NCBI RefSeq assembly: GCF_902713615.1
Contig: NC_052154.1
Coordinates: forward strand, 159,318,754-159,382,753
Origin: Scyliorhinus canicula
Lineage: Eukaryota
Direction: 5' to 3'
Length of the DNA: 64,000 nucleotides
Made by a program: the position numbers and the translations under genes. The notes under the pieces were generated by a model that saw only the letters and a program-made list of their open reading frames with translations, made no database searches and was not told where the DNA came from. Within the stretch, counting starts at the first letter, position 1. The number at the start of each line of letters is the position of its first letter. Positions 46,086-58,914 of the stretch are shown in pieces.

Positions 46086-46634
46086 AAAATCTGGTTATTT
46101 GGGGTTTTCTTTTAGATAATTTGTTCAACATTTTTGTTTAATTTCCCTAAAATATTTTTCACCTGCCTTGTTAAAACTCTCAATTTTTCATTCAGATTTT
46201 GTTATAAGTCTTGTATCGTGCATTTCATCTCTCTTTCTTGTCATTCAGGCCTTCAGCCTGCGTCGCCAGTGCTGCCTTCTCCGGTGTCCGGCTGCCTGGG
46301 CTGCCACCCTCTGCCTGGGCTTCCTCTGCGGGACCGACACCATCATCCATTTTGCTATCTGTAAGGAATTGGAGAAGGAGAGAGATCGACAATCAGTTAG
46401 GGCTTCCACTCTGGGACCATCAAATCACTCAAGCCTCCCCACCTTTACGTGTCCCACTTGCACTCAGAGTGCCATCCACCAAGCCAGTTGTGCTGGAATA
46501 CCTCGCTCTGCACATTCACCCCTGGCCACAGCAGGAGCCCCTAGACCCCAGACACATGCCGAGAACATTGGGGAGACTGTGCTCAGGTACCCTCCCCTGA
46601 TTCACACACTCACCCTTTGATCGCGAGGATATCC

Positions 46635-46815
46635 TTGCTAGTTTAGCACAGCAGGCTAAACAGCTGGCTTGTAATGCAGAACAATGCCAGCAGCGCGGGT
46701 TCAATTCCTGTACCAGCCTCCCCGAACAGACTCCGGAATGTGGCGACTAGGGGCTTTTCGCAGTAACTTCATTGAAGCTTACTTGTGACAATAAGCAATT
46801 ATTATTATTATCATT
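46635..46815 (+). mobile_element. Short tRNA-derived SINE with (ATT)n tail
   Basis: Reverse complement of the family at 2525-2695. Confidence 0.85.
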
Positions 46816-47387
46816 ATCCACAGTGCTGAAGCCCAGATCTTGAATGTTTGATTATTTGCTGCTGCCTCTATGGTGCTGACACTTCCAGAGGTTGAGGCTT
46901 CAAAGTTTGATTGAAATGTGATGCAACAATCATCTAAGACATAGCACGTGTACGCACGAGAAGCCACCTGAGCTCTTTTTGTAGTGAATCTACTTGAGAA
47001 TATTTTTTTATTAAATGGTCAACAGTACCTTTATACACAAAATGAAAATAAACTACTTCACAGTCCATATATCACACTAAACATTAACCAGCGACAGAAC
47101 GGCACACACTCATTCTCACACACTCACTCTCACACAAACACACAATCAGTCTCTGTCCATGAGCCTCCATTGTACAGGCCTTCTTCAACGGCCTAATTTC
47201 ATCGGAATCAAAGCTCAGTATCCACATGTTCCATTGGCATTCCACGTGTAGTGAAACAGCCTCGACGTTCAGCGTCTTTGACTCGCAGCAACAGGTTAGT
47301 CGACATGCAGCATTCACCACACGAACAATAAAACCACCAGCAATCTGCAAAAGCATTTCTTCAGCACCTTCACCAAGTTGTTCATTC

Positions 47388-47835
47388 GGATCAATCTGCC
47401 TCTCTCACTTTCTCTCCCTTCTGCAGCTCCCAGCAGTAGACTCCTCAACAGTGGAAAATCGTACCGATCCAGAGCACACCAGAAGAACGAAAGAGCTCCC
47501 CACCTCCAGCCTAGGCAGCAACTCATCTTACCAGCCTCCTTTTCTTTATTCCAGGCCACGGAAGCAAAAAGGTGGCAGCAAACAAACACACAGCCTCCAG
47601 GCCACTGCAGCTGCATTTGGATCAATCTGCCTCTCTCCCTCTCACAGTTCCCAGCTGTAGATGCCTCAACAGTGGAAAATTACACAGACCTAGAACATGC
47701 CAAAAGAGAGAAAGTGCTCCCCTCTCTCCAGCTCAGACAGCAGGTCATCTGACCAACCTCCATTTTCTCATTCCAGGCCACAGAAGCAAAAGCAGTAAAC
47801 AAACCCACACCTCCAGGCATTTGCAGCTGCTAGCA
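47388..47835. repeat. Diverged tandem duplication of about 231 bp
   Basis: GGATCAATCTGCCTCTCTC at 47388 and 47619. CTCAACAGTGGAAAAT and ATTCCAGGCCAC.GAAGCAAAA are repeated at matching offsets. Confidence 0.85.
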
Positions 47836-48589
47836 GGATCAAGCAGCAAACACAACCTGCAGCTGTTAAGTGCTCTCACAACTAACAAGGCCAATTCCTT
47901 ATTAGCAATAGCCTTCAGCTGTAAAGTTAGAGGCTGCTCACTGTCAAAGGGAGTTAAAGTGACCGTCATAATAACCAAGAATGTGGCTCTGTACTGGAAG
48001 TGTTTGGTAGGACAGGCAGCAGCCGTCTTTGCCCCTCTTATAGGTATCCACCATATTTAAATATGGTTTGAAAGTCTCACAGCCAAAAAGCCGCTCAACC
48101 CACCATTTTCTCCTAGCCTAGGGGCAACCCCCGACCTGGAATGCTTCACTCCCCCAACCAAGGCCAACCATCACCCCACCTCACGCCCCACCACTCCGAG
48201 CACTGAGGCAGCAGCTCCAGTGCCCTTGTGCTGCATGCCCTAAAATGGAAATGGTTACTCATCTCCTCAGTTCCCCTCAGCAGCCATTGCAACAGCTTCC
48301 CGATTTTAAAAACAACGTCTGAGTGATTTCTCGCTGGAGAGCCGGTTAATTCCCAGGAGGCTGTTGCATTCGACTTCAATCTCGCTAATGAGATGGAAAT
48401 TCATGCAAATTGGGGTCAATCATATGCTCGCCAGATTTGGGTCAGATCCAGAACTGGCCATCGGGAGTGGGCCGGTTAAATGGCAAACTGAATCGCGCTT
48501 GGCATGAATCTCAATTTTGGCTTTTCCCGCTATTTAAATGATTTGCCCAGATTTGCACCGGGTGCCAATCGATGGTTAAATTGCACCTT

Positions 48590-50880
48590 TCAACTATGAA
48601 GATAGTCGGCCTATCTACATATTGAGTCAGGAATCCTTCCTGTACACACCTGACAAAATCTGCTCCATCCAAACCATTTGCAGTAAGGAGGTTCCAGTCA
48701 ATATTAGGGAAGTTGAAACCACCCATTACAATAACCCTGTTACTTCTGCACCTTTCCAAGATCTGCCTCCCAATCTGTTCCTCCATCTCTCTGCTGCTAT
48801 TGGAGGGGGGTATAGAAAACTCCCAATAAACTGACTGCTCCTTTCTTGTTTCTGACTTCCACCCATACTGACTCAGTAGACAAACCTCCTCGACTATCTC
48901 CTTTTCTGCAGCTGTGTTGCACTCCCTAATTATAAGTGCCACTCCCCCTTCTCTTTTACCTCCCTCCCTATTCTTCTTAAAACATCTAACAACCATTCCT
49001 GCCCCTGTGAAATCCAAGTCTCCGTAATTGCCACAACATTATAGTTCCAAGTACTGATCCATGCTCTAAGTTCATTTACCTTATTCGTGACACTCCTTGC
49101 ATTGAAACAGGCACACTTTAACCCATTCCACTGAGTGCAACTTTGCTCTATCAACTGCCTATCCTTCCTCACAGACTCGCTGCATACTATTTCCGCCTGT
49201 TCAACAACTACCCTATCCTCTCATCCATAGCTCTGGTGCCCATCCCCCTGCCAAACTAGTTTAAACCCTTCAGAAGAACTCTAGCAAATCTCCCACCCAG
49301 GATATTGGTGCGCCTCCAGTTTAGGTGCTATCCGTACTTCATGTACAGGTCCCGCCTTCCCCAGAAGGTATCCCAATGATCCACATATCTGAAGCCTTCC
49401 CTGCTGCACCAGCCTTGTAGCCATGTTCAGGTGCACTCGCTCTCTGTTCCTTGCCTCACTTGCACGTGGCACCGGTAGCAATCCTGAGATCACTACTCTG
49501 CTTGTCCTGCTCTTAAGCTTCCAACTGAACTTCCTAAAATCAGTTTTTAGATCCTCAACCCTTTTCTTACCAATGCCGTTGGTGCCTATGTGCACCACGA
49601 CTTCTGGTTGCTCACCTTCTCCCTTCAGACTCCTGTAGACACGATCCGACACATCCCTGATCCTGGCACCCAGGAAGCAACATACTTTCTGGGAGTCTCG
49701 TTCGCGACCACAGAATCTCTTATCCGTTCCCCTAACCATTGAGTATTGCTTTTCTATTCTCCCTCTCCCTTCTGAGCCACAGAGCCAGGCTCAGTGACAG
49801 AGACCTGGTCGCTAGGGCTTTCCCCTGGTAGGTCCCCCCCCCCCCCCCCCCCCCACCCCCCAACAGCATCTAAAATGGTATACTTGTTTTGAAGGGGAAC
49901 AGCCACGGGGGATCCCTGCACTGTCTGCCCGTTCCTTTTCCTTCCCCTTACTGTAACCCAACTACTCTTGTCCTGCACCTTGGGTGTGGCTACCTCCTTG
50001 TAACTCCTCTCTATCACCCACTCTGTCTCCCGGATGATCCGAAGTTCATCCAGCTCCAGCTCCAGCTTCCTAACACAGTCTCTGAGAAACTGGAGTTGGG
50101 TGCACCTCCCGCAGGTGTAGTCAGTGGGGACACCAGTGGTGTCTCTCACCACCCACATCCTACAGGAGGAGCATGCAACTGCCCTAGCCTCCATCCCCTC
50201 TGATCTGAATTTGCAAAGAGATTTGAAAGGAAAAAAAAAGATTAAACACCCTTTCGGCCTTTGAAAATATATATAGATATATACACTGCTGCTACTCTCT
50301 CAAGTGAACCCACTAAAACTGGTGATTCTGCTAAATGATACAAAGATAGCTTGCTGCCCCCCAAAAACAAAAACAAAACAAAAACAACTAAACAAACAAA
50401 CAACTCTTACCTTACAGAATGTAGCTGCCCTGTGAACCAACCGGAACGCCACCCTCCGACTTTGCTTCCAGTCAGTTGCACTCTCTGTAAACTCCCGACT
50501 CCCTTCACACTCTTTGAGGAAATGTAGGAAATTAAATAAAAGGAGCACCTTGCTCCCTCCTCATCTAACTCCCTCAGTCACCAAACTCCCACTATAGCAC
50601 TCTAACGCACCCAAATTGAGCACTCCAGTGCAAACAAAGTCAGCACTGTACGATGGCTCATCTTCATACTGTCTGTCTCTAGCCTCTGAAAACTGTCTTA
50701 ATCCAATTAACTAATTAACAAGCTACAGCTGCAAATAAGAACCTGAGTGAACTCTGTTTAAAGCTGGTTTAAAACTTACCTTCTTCTAACCCAAACAGCA
50801 ACTTTTAAGTTAATTTATTAAATAAAAGAAAGACTAGACTTTAGATAAAAATTAACACTTAATATCCCACAGTCACCAAA
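48590..50880 (-). mobile_element. CR1 LINE 5' half: 5' UTR, ORF1 (Cys-rich zinc finger and SGNH esterase) and start of ORF2 endonuclease
   Basis: VACSSCRMW...YTCGRC, VCCFLGARIRDV...VVVHIGTNG, ACFNARSV.NK and IVMGGFNFPNIDW. Confidence 0.92.
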
Positions 50881-51041
50881 CATGATGTGCCTAATGGCCT
50901 TCTTCTGCCCTATAACAATTCTGTGGGATGTATTCGCTGGAATTTCGAAAGTTTAGTATATTATGGGATACAGATAGTTTCCCTATCTCCTCTAGTCAGA
51001 GTCCCGGATTGTGGGGGAACAGTCTAATAATCAGGGACATG

Positions 51042-51710
51042 GGGCGCGATTCTCCGCTGCCCACGACGGGTCGGAGAATAGCGGGAGGGCGTCCCCGACA
51101 TTGTTCACGCCCTCCCGCTATTCTACCCCCCCACGACCGCCCCACGACACGAATCACTGCTCGCCGTTTTTTACGGCGAACAGCGATTCTCCTCAGGCCG
51201 ATGGGCCGAGTGCCCAGGCCTTTACGACCGTTTTTACTGCAGCAAACACACCTGCTTGCTGCCGTCGTAAAAATGGCCGCAACATGCCCGTCCTGGGCAT
51301 CCAGTCCCCGATTGGCATGGCAGTACCACGGCCGTGCCAAGGGGGGCATGGGCCCACGATCTGTGCCCTCCGATCGCGGCCACGGACGCACTCTTTCTCC
51401 CTCCGCCTCCCCGCAGGATCAGTCCGCGGGGCGGCCGAGGGAGATGACAGCCCCGCGCATGCGCGGGTTGGAGCCGTCCAATCCACGCATGCACGGCTGA
51501 CGTCATCGTGCGCGTCAGCCGGTGTGAAGCTTGGCACGCGGACTTAGCGACGGTCGCTAAGCCCGCGATGCCGTGCTTCACGGGGCCCCACTGCTAGCCC
51601 CGCCCGGGGGGGAGATTCGGGTCCCGGGAGGGGGTGCGGAGGCTGCCATGAAACACGGCCAGTTTCACGGCAGCCTTTACGACTCGCCGCATTTGCGGAG
51701 AATCGCGCCC
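51042..51710. mobile_element. Intact young Harbinger-like MITE
   Basis: Perfect 15-bp TIRs GGGCGCGATTCTCCG / CGGAGAATCGCGCCC. 3-bp TSD ATG at 51039-51041 and 51711-51713. CpG-rich. Confidence 0.92.
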
Positions 51711-51771
51711 ATGGCCTTGACTTTTCATCCTGAGAGTAGGCGGGTAAATCCATCGCTGCTGATCCTGCTTC

Positions 51772-52173
51772 TGATGTGTTGGGTAAGCTGGGTCTGCGAG
51801 GACTGCGTTTACTGCAGTGGTGAGAGAGACAGGCTTCCAACACGAAGAAATGCAACTCCATTTTATTGAACACTTAACTATCATACATACTTTAACTGTG
51901 GGTTGACACTATGCTGACTTGACTGGAGACCTGAGGCTAACCTGACCAGACTATCTTACTACCACATGGTGGATGTTCTAGTTGTTGCTCACAGGCTCTG
52001 ACTGTCTCAGAGGCTGGATCCCGAGAGAGCGGGAAAACTAGTGCCCTCTGGCTTTATAGTGGTCGTGCCCTGTCTGGTGATTGGCTGCTGTGTTCTGGGT
52101 GTTCACTGGTCATCCTGTGTGTCAATCACTGCCTGTCTGCACACTATCATATACCTGGGTGTATATTATGACA
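51772..52173. mobile_element. Probable solo LTR
   Basis: About 400-bp TG...CA segment interrupting a GC-rich MITE-like sequence. Contains TTTTATT and TTTATAG (AATAAA- and TATAAA-like on the - strand). No clear TSD. Confidence 0.55.
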
Positions 52174-52800
52174 GCTGCCATTTCACGTTGAGTGTTAGTT
52201 AGCAGCAGGCGGGACTTCCATTCACCATTTCAAGGAAGTCCCAGCTTAGAGAACTGTCAGCCAATCAGATAGGCCAACAGCTCTCCAACCCCTCTAGGAA
52301 AAGCACTGCAGTGGCCAGAAGAGGTCCTACAGTGCTGTGCCTGAGTCTAAGTCCCAGCACCACAGTTCAGGTAGGTACAGAGGGCCCATAGACAGGAGGG
52401 TGTGGGATACCTGGGGGAAATTGGAGGTGAAGTGGAAGGCCAGATCTCCAAGTCCAAGAGGAAAGGCTGACCCAAATCAGTAGGGGCATTCAGATTGAGG
52501 CACTCCCCCTTTCCCGCCCAACATAGAAATTTGTAACTTTTTCAGATTCCTACTCTGTTCCATCAACATCTGCCAGCCTAAAATCTTGGGCTGGTTGAGA
52601 AAAGGCCTTTAAGTAGCCATTAAGTGGCTACTTCAAGGCCTTAAAAGGGATAAGGGTAAGCTTCCTGCCCGAGGCCCTGTTCCCCACTGTGAAATTGTAC
52701 CTGGGTCAGGCTGGGCGGGATCATAAAGGGAATCCCGACCATGCAATTTTACGCTCCCCATGCCTCAGAACCCACCGGGGAGAATAATGCTCTGGCCATG

Positions 52801-55800
52801 TGATGCTCGATCAATGACAATTGAAGGCTTTATTGGACTAGATGTTTCCCCCAGCAGCGCAGGTACAGAATGCAGCTGCTAGGGAGACACAGACTCTTAT
52901 ACTCCGCCTTACTGGGCAGAACCAGCAGGCAGGCTTCACCAATGATATTGCTGTCTCAGGTACATCCCACACCAGTGGTCTTACAGCATCAACCTGGGTA
53001 CCGTAGTACCACTAATACCGACTACCACATTCACCCCCTGTTTAAGAGTCCGGCGGGGGTGGTGGTCTCGCGTTATACAGTGGTAGAGGTTGAGGTTATG
53101 GTGGTACCCGGTATACATTAGTACAATGTTTTGCCTTGTTACATGTCATAACTATTTACAGTATTTATTTACATTCAAAATGAAGCAATTAGTCAATTGG
53201 GAGCCCTGGTTGTCCTCTGCGATCGTCGCAGTTTCGGCGGTGATGCAGGCGCTGGCTCGGCATCCGTGGCTCCAGGAGTGTGGCTTTGGCTTCTTTGGCA
53301 GCTTCATCGCCCCTGGATGGGACCGGTGGGAGGACCGATCCACCTGGGAAGGGGGCGGCTGTGGGGTGCACCGGTGGGAGGGAGGGTGAGGGTTCTGGTG
53401 GGGGTGTGGGTGGGGATCCAGCAGGCGGCAGGTCCCGAAGGGAGACCGTATCCTGTCGGCCGTCGGGGTACGCCACGTAGGCGTATTGAGGGTTAGCGTG
53501 AAGGAGGTGGACCCTCTCGACCAATGGGTCCCACTTGTGCGCCCGCACGTGTTTGCGGAACAGGATGGGTCCAGGAGCTGCCAGCCAGGTTGGGAGTGAG
53601 GTCTCAGAGGAGGACTTCCTAGGGAAGACAAGGAGACGTTCGTGAGGCGTTTGGTCAGTCGTAGTACACAGCAGTGATCAGGTGGAGTGGAGAGCATCAG
53701 GAAGGACCTCCTGCCATCGGGAGACTGGGAGATTCCTGGACTGTAGGGCCAGTAGGACGGTCTTCCAGACCGTTCCGTTCTCCCTCTTTACCTGTCCGTT
53801 TCCCCGAGGGTTGTAACTGGTCATCCTGCTCGAGGCAATGCCCTTGCTGAGCAGGAATTGACGCAGTTCGTCACTCATAAAGGAGGACCCCCTATCGCTG
53901 TGTATGTAGGCGGGGAAACTGAACAGTGTAAAGATACTGTGGGGGGCTTTTATGACGGTGGCTGCGGTCATGTCGGGGCAGGGGATGGCGAATGGGAACC
54001 GGGAGTACTCGTCAATCACGTTCAGGGAGTACGTGTTGCGGTCGGTAGAGGGGAAGGGCCCTTTGAAGTCCATACTGAGGAGTGCAAAGGGACGGGAAGC
54101 CTTTACCAGGTGCGCTTTCTCTGGCCTGTAGAAGTGCGGCTTGCACTCCGCAGATTTGGCAGTTCCTGGTGGCGGTCCTGACCTCTTCGATGGAGTAGGG
54201 CAGGTGGCGGTCCTGATAAAATGGAAGAATTGAGTGACCCCCGGGTGGCAGAGGTCCTCAAGGAGGGCCCGGAGTTGGTCCACTTGTGCGTTGGCACATG
54301 TGCCGCGGGATAGGGCATCAGGAGGCTCGTTTAGCTTCCCGGGACAAGACAAGATCTCATACTTGTAGGTGGAGAGTTCGATCCTCCACCGCAAGATCTT
54401 ATCGTTCTTTATCTTGCCCCGCTGTGCATTATAGAACATGAAGGCGACCGACCGTTGGTCAGTGAGGAGAGTGAATCTCCTGCCAGCCAGGTAATGCCTC
54501 CAGTGTTGCACAGCTTCTACTATGGCCTGGGCCTCCTTTTCAACGAAGGAATGGTGGATTTCTGAAGCGTAGAGGGTGCGTGAGATGAAGGCCATGGTTG
54601 AGGGTGGCCGCCAGAGCTACGTCGGACGCATTGCTCTCGACTTGGAGGGGAAGGGATTCATCGATTACGTGCATCGTGGCCTTTGCAATGTCTGCTTTGA
54701 TTTGGCTGAAGGCCTGGCGGGCCTCTGCCGACAGGGGAAAAACCGTGGACTGAATTAGTGGGCGGGCCTTGTCCGTATAGTTGGGGACCCACTGGGCATA
54801 ATATGAAAAATATCCCAGGCAACGTTTCAGGGCCTTGGAGCAGTGGGGGAGGGGAAACTCCATGAGGGGGCGCATGCGTTTGGGATCTGGGCCTATAACT
54901 CCATCATGCACTACGTAGCCGAGGATGGCTAGACGGTCGGTGCTGAACACGCATTTGTCCTTGTTGTAAGTTAGGTTAAGGATTTTTACGATATGGAGGA
55001 ATTTATAGAGGTTGTTGTCGTGGTCCTGCTGGTCGTGGTCGCAGATGGTGACGTTATCGAGGTAGGGAAACCGTACCGGTCAACCATTCAGTCCATCTCC
55101 CGTTGGAAGACTGAGACTCCATTTGTGACACCGAAGGGGACCGTTAGGAAGTGGTAGAGCCGCTCATCTGCTTTGAATGCAGTGTATTTGTGGTTGCTAG
55201 GGCAGATGAGGAGCTGATGGTAGGCGGATTTTTAAAAATTCCCTTCTCTGGACTGTGAGGTTCGCTACGCAGAACCCTTTGATCTCTACAGAGTGAGACC
55301 CGGAGGCCAGGGAGAGTAGTTGATTAACTGGGTGGATGGGAAGAGAACAGCGCCTTACCGTGTTGCGGTGTATGAAACTCTCTGTGCTCCCCGAGTCGAT
55401 CAGGCAGGACGATTTATGCCCATTGATGAGCACGGTCGTCGTCGCGGTCGAGAGCGTTCAGGACCGAGTCTGGTCCAGAGTCACCGAGGCAAGTCATGGC
55501 AAAAGCTGGAGGTTTTCTTCGGGCTATGTGTGGTCTTCCGAATCAGGGTCCTGAGACTCCAGCCAAGATGGCGGCGCCCATCCATCGCACGTGGTCCCTG
55601 GGGAACAAGATGGCGGCGCCCGTGGGCCGCACGTGGCTTGGGAAAAGGAAGATGGTGGCGCCCGCTGGCCGCACGTGGCTCATGGAGACGGTTGGGGTGG
55701 CGGTCCCGGTTCGCCCCCGGAGACCGCGGTGACCGCCCGGGCCTGGCATACCGCCATGAAATAGCCCTTTTAGCCACACCCTTTGCAGTTGGAGGAGCGG

Positions 55801-56705
55801 GCCGGGCAGCGCTGCCGGGGGTGCTTGGCTTGCCCGCAAAAATAGCAACGGGGTCCCCCGGGGTTGCCTGGTAGTCGTGCAGCACAAGCTTGTGGGGGGA
55901 TAGGGGTGCATTGGAGTCAGCCGCGGGGGGTTCCACGCTGCCCAAGAGGCTGCCGCGCGGTCGGGGATGAATGGGCGGGCGTTTCGGGAGGTCACATCCA
56001 GGGAGCTAGAAAGGGTCGTGCTTCCTTGAAGCCTAGTGTCTCTTTTTCTTGCAGCTGCTGGCGGATTTGGGAAGACAGCATACCTGCAACGAATGCGTCC
56101 CGGATTAAAAGTTCTGTGTGGTCGCTGGCTGAAACGTGCGGGCAGTCACAGTTCCTAACACCAGGAGCGCACAGTAGAATTCCTCCAGCGATTCCCCGGG
56201 GATTTGTAACCTCGTCGCTAGCAGATGTCGGGCGTAGACCTGGTTTACTGGGCAAAAAAAGTGTCCTTTCAACAGGGCCATCGCGGCCTCGAAATTGTCC
56301 ACATCCTCGATGAGGGTGTAGATCTCTGGGCTCACCCTCGAGTGAAGAACTTGCATCCTCTGGTCCTCCGTGGGTGTAGTTGTGGCCATCCTGAGGTACC
56401 CGTTGAAGCATGCCAGCCAATGTTTGAAGGTTGCCGCGTAGGGGCTGAGTTGCTTGATTCGGAGCTCCATTCTTTAAAAACTAGTCCAATAAATTGATCC
56501 TCGATCAATGACTCCAGAAGCGAGATTGGACGGCATTTGAAGGCTTTGTTGGACTAGATGAGACACAGACTCTTATACTCCGCCTTACTGGGCGGAACCA
56601 GCAGGCAGGCGTAACCAATGGTATTGCTGTCTCAGGTACCTCCCACATCAGTGGTCTTACAGCATTAGCCTGGGTACCGTAATACCCCTAATACCGACTA
56701 TCACA
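52801..56705 (-). mobile_element. Compact, degenerate Ty3/Gypsy LTR retrotransposon (gag-PR-RT-RNaseH-IN)
   Basis: LTRs at 52801-53029 and 56495-56705. PPT AGGGGGTGAA abuts the 3' LTR. Protease LIDSGS, RT PFGV..YLDN, RNase H EKEAQAIV..FTLLTDQ, integrase D..D..E (MDFKG, HSDRG, GQVKREN). TSD-like CCATG/CCGTG. Confidence 0.95.
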
Positions 56706-57679
56706 CCGTGAAATTGGGGAAGTATTCTACACACAAAGTATGGTCGAAATTTGGAACACAATTAATCAAATTCACTATCAATTGTTTATTTTAAATCTGT
56801 AATTGACTGAATTTGTTAACCAGATGTATTAAGGAATATGGGCCAAATTAAAGCAGGTTTATGGAGTTAGGTTGCAGATCAGCCATTAAGTGGAATAACA
56901 GGCTTGACGGGCTAAGTAGCTGACTATTGCCTCTCTTTGCAATGCCTCAAGGTGTTTAAATTCCAAACATACATTCTGCAGCTTCTCGCCACTTCTTAAT
57001 CCGGCCGTACTTGCTCTTTCACTCAATGTTTCCACACACTAATCCAGCGACATCTATCCTCAATATTAACACACCCAACTATTTAATTGCATCACGACTT
57101 TCAATCCTTCCCAACCTCAGTGGTTCAACCCCTTCCATGATCAAGTGCTGTGAAGTAGTATGGACTGAAGGCAATAATCTTCAAATATTTGAATCCTCAA
57201 GTGTATCAACTCTCTGTTGTGGTCAGATGCAATCGAATCCTTGTCCCAGCCCTCCATTGATCCCAGGACTTACTGTTCAGTCCTGTCCGTGTACTGCCAA
57301 ACCTACCCGATTCCCAAAAGTCCTCCCGAACTCTTTACTGCATTCCAAATCTCATAGAACACCCTCATGTCGAGAGACAGAAACAAACCGTGGAGAGGAG
57401 AAAATTGTGCAAAGGTACCGAAAAAAATACAAAAAGCAACATTCCCTTCAAAAGATGGAGAAAGCAAGTTGACATGGACAAAATACAAAAGTCACTTCCA
57501 TATTGTCCTTTTAGTTTAGGTTCCATGAGCCTGTCGTCATCACCAACTGACAGCATTTATTTCATTAAACCCAATGAACATAAACCAAAACCAGACATCC
57601 ATATGACAAAGTTACATAGCTACAGAGAAGATCGGAGCAGGAGGAGGCCTTTTGGTGAGTGGGCGAGTATTTCTACGAA

Positions 57680-58130
57680 ATTCATCTCTAAACTCCGTGG
57701 CCTGGGCCTTGGCTCCTTCCTCTGCGACTGGATCCTGAACTTCCTAACCAACTGACCACATTAAGTAAGGATAGGCAACAACTCCTCCTCCACGATCATC
57801 CTCAACACCGGTGCCCCACAAGGCTGTGTCCTCAGCCCCCTACTATACTCCTTATACACCTGTGACTGTGTGGCTAAACTCTCCTCCAAATTTGCTGATG
57901 ACACCACCGTAGAGGGTCGGATTTCATACAATGACGCGGCAGAGTATAGGAATGAGATAGAGAATCTGGTGAACTGGTTCGACGACAATAATCTCTCCCT
58001 CAATGCCAACAAAACGAAGGAGATTGTCATTGACTTCAGAAAGCGTAGAGGAGAACATGCCCCTGTCTATATCAATGAGAATTAAGTATCAAGGGTCGAG
58101 AGTTCAAGATTTTAGGTGTCCAGATTACCA
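57680..58130 (+). mobile_element. Rex1/Babar-clade LINE RT fragment
   Basis: LCDWILNFLTN, LNTGAPQGCVLSPLLYSLYT.DC, KFADDTTV.G.I and LSLNANKTKEIVIDFRK. Confidence 0.85.
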
Positions 58131-58199
58131 ACAACCTGTCCTGGTCCCCGTATTCCGACATTATAGTACCGACACATGTGACAATAATAAATCAAATCA

Positions 58200-58762
58200 A
58201 ATTCTCCGTTCCCCGACGCTGATTCCGTAATCGGCGATCGGGCAGAGAATCCTTTTTGATGGCAAAATCGGGGCGGCGCCTGTTTGACACAGGTTTCATA
58301 CTCTGCGCCCCCCCCCCCCCAAAATGGCGTCATCAGAGTGTGCACCGCACGCTGTTGAGACGGCCTCAGTGCGCCCCGAAGGCCCTTTCTAATGCTCCGC
58401 CCCCAATCGGCCAAGTTCACGATGCCGCAGTTCACTTGTGGTCTCAGCCATGCGGAAGCCTGGCGTGGCGGCTGCGGACTGTGTCCAGCTCGGCCACAGT
58501 CGGCTGGGAGCCGTGCTGCTGTCCAGGAGAGGTGGGGGGCACTATCTGGCAGGTCAGGTCCACGCACAGCTGGCGCCATGTTTTACGGCACGACCACTAC
58601 AGGACCTGGCCATTCATTTCGTGGAGGTCAGGGTTTTATGTGGCGCGGCTGCTAGCCCCTCACCGGTGGCAGCATCGGTGAGGGGGCGGTCATGATTATT
58701 TTCCACGTAAAACACCACAGATCATCCTCTGCACTTAGCCTCAGAATCGGAGAATCTGGCCC
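58200..58762. mobile_element. Harbinger-like MITE with the left TIR truncated
   Basis: Left ATTCTCCG, right CGGAGAATCTGGCCC. Confidence 0.7.
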
Positions 58763-58914
58763 ATTATGTGCCACAGGTAGAACACTCCTGTGACTAGAAA
58801 ATAGAATGGGCTTGAAATCACTTTCTGGGGCATGAAGCACCACTGGCAGGTACCTTCATGTCCATTGAGGGGTTGCTGAAGGATAAGAGTGCACGCAGAT
58901 CCAGAAGACATCAA

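Noticed and set aside
53678-54595. 305-aa RNase H-integrase ORF as a possibly domesticated gene
   Set aside because: It sits within a complete LTR-bounded element whose other ORFs are frameshifted, the integrase zinc-finger region is itself disrupted, and there is no own start context.
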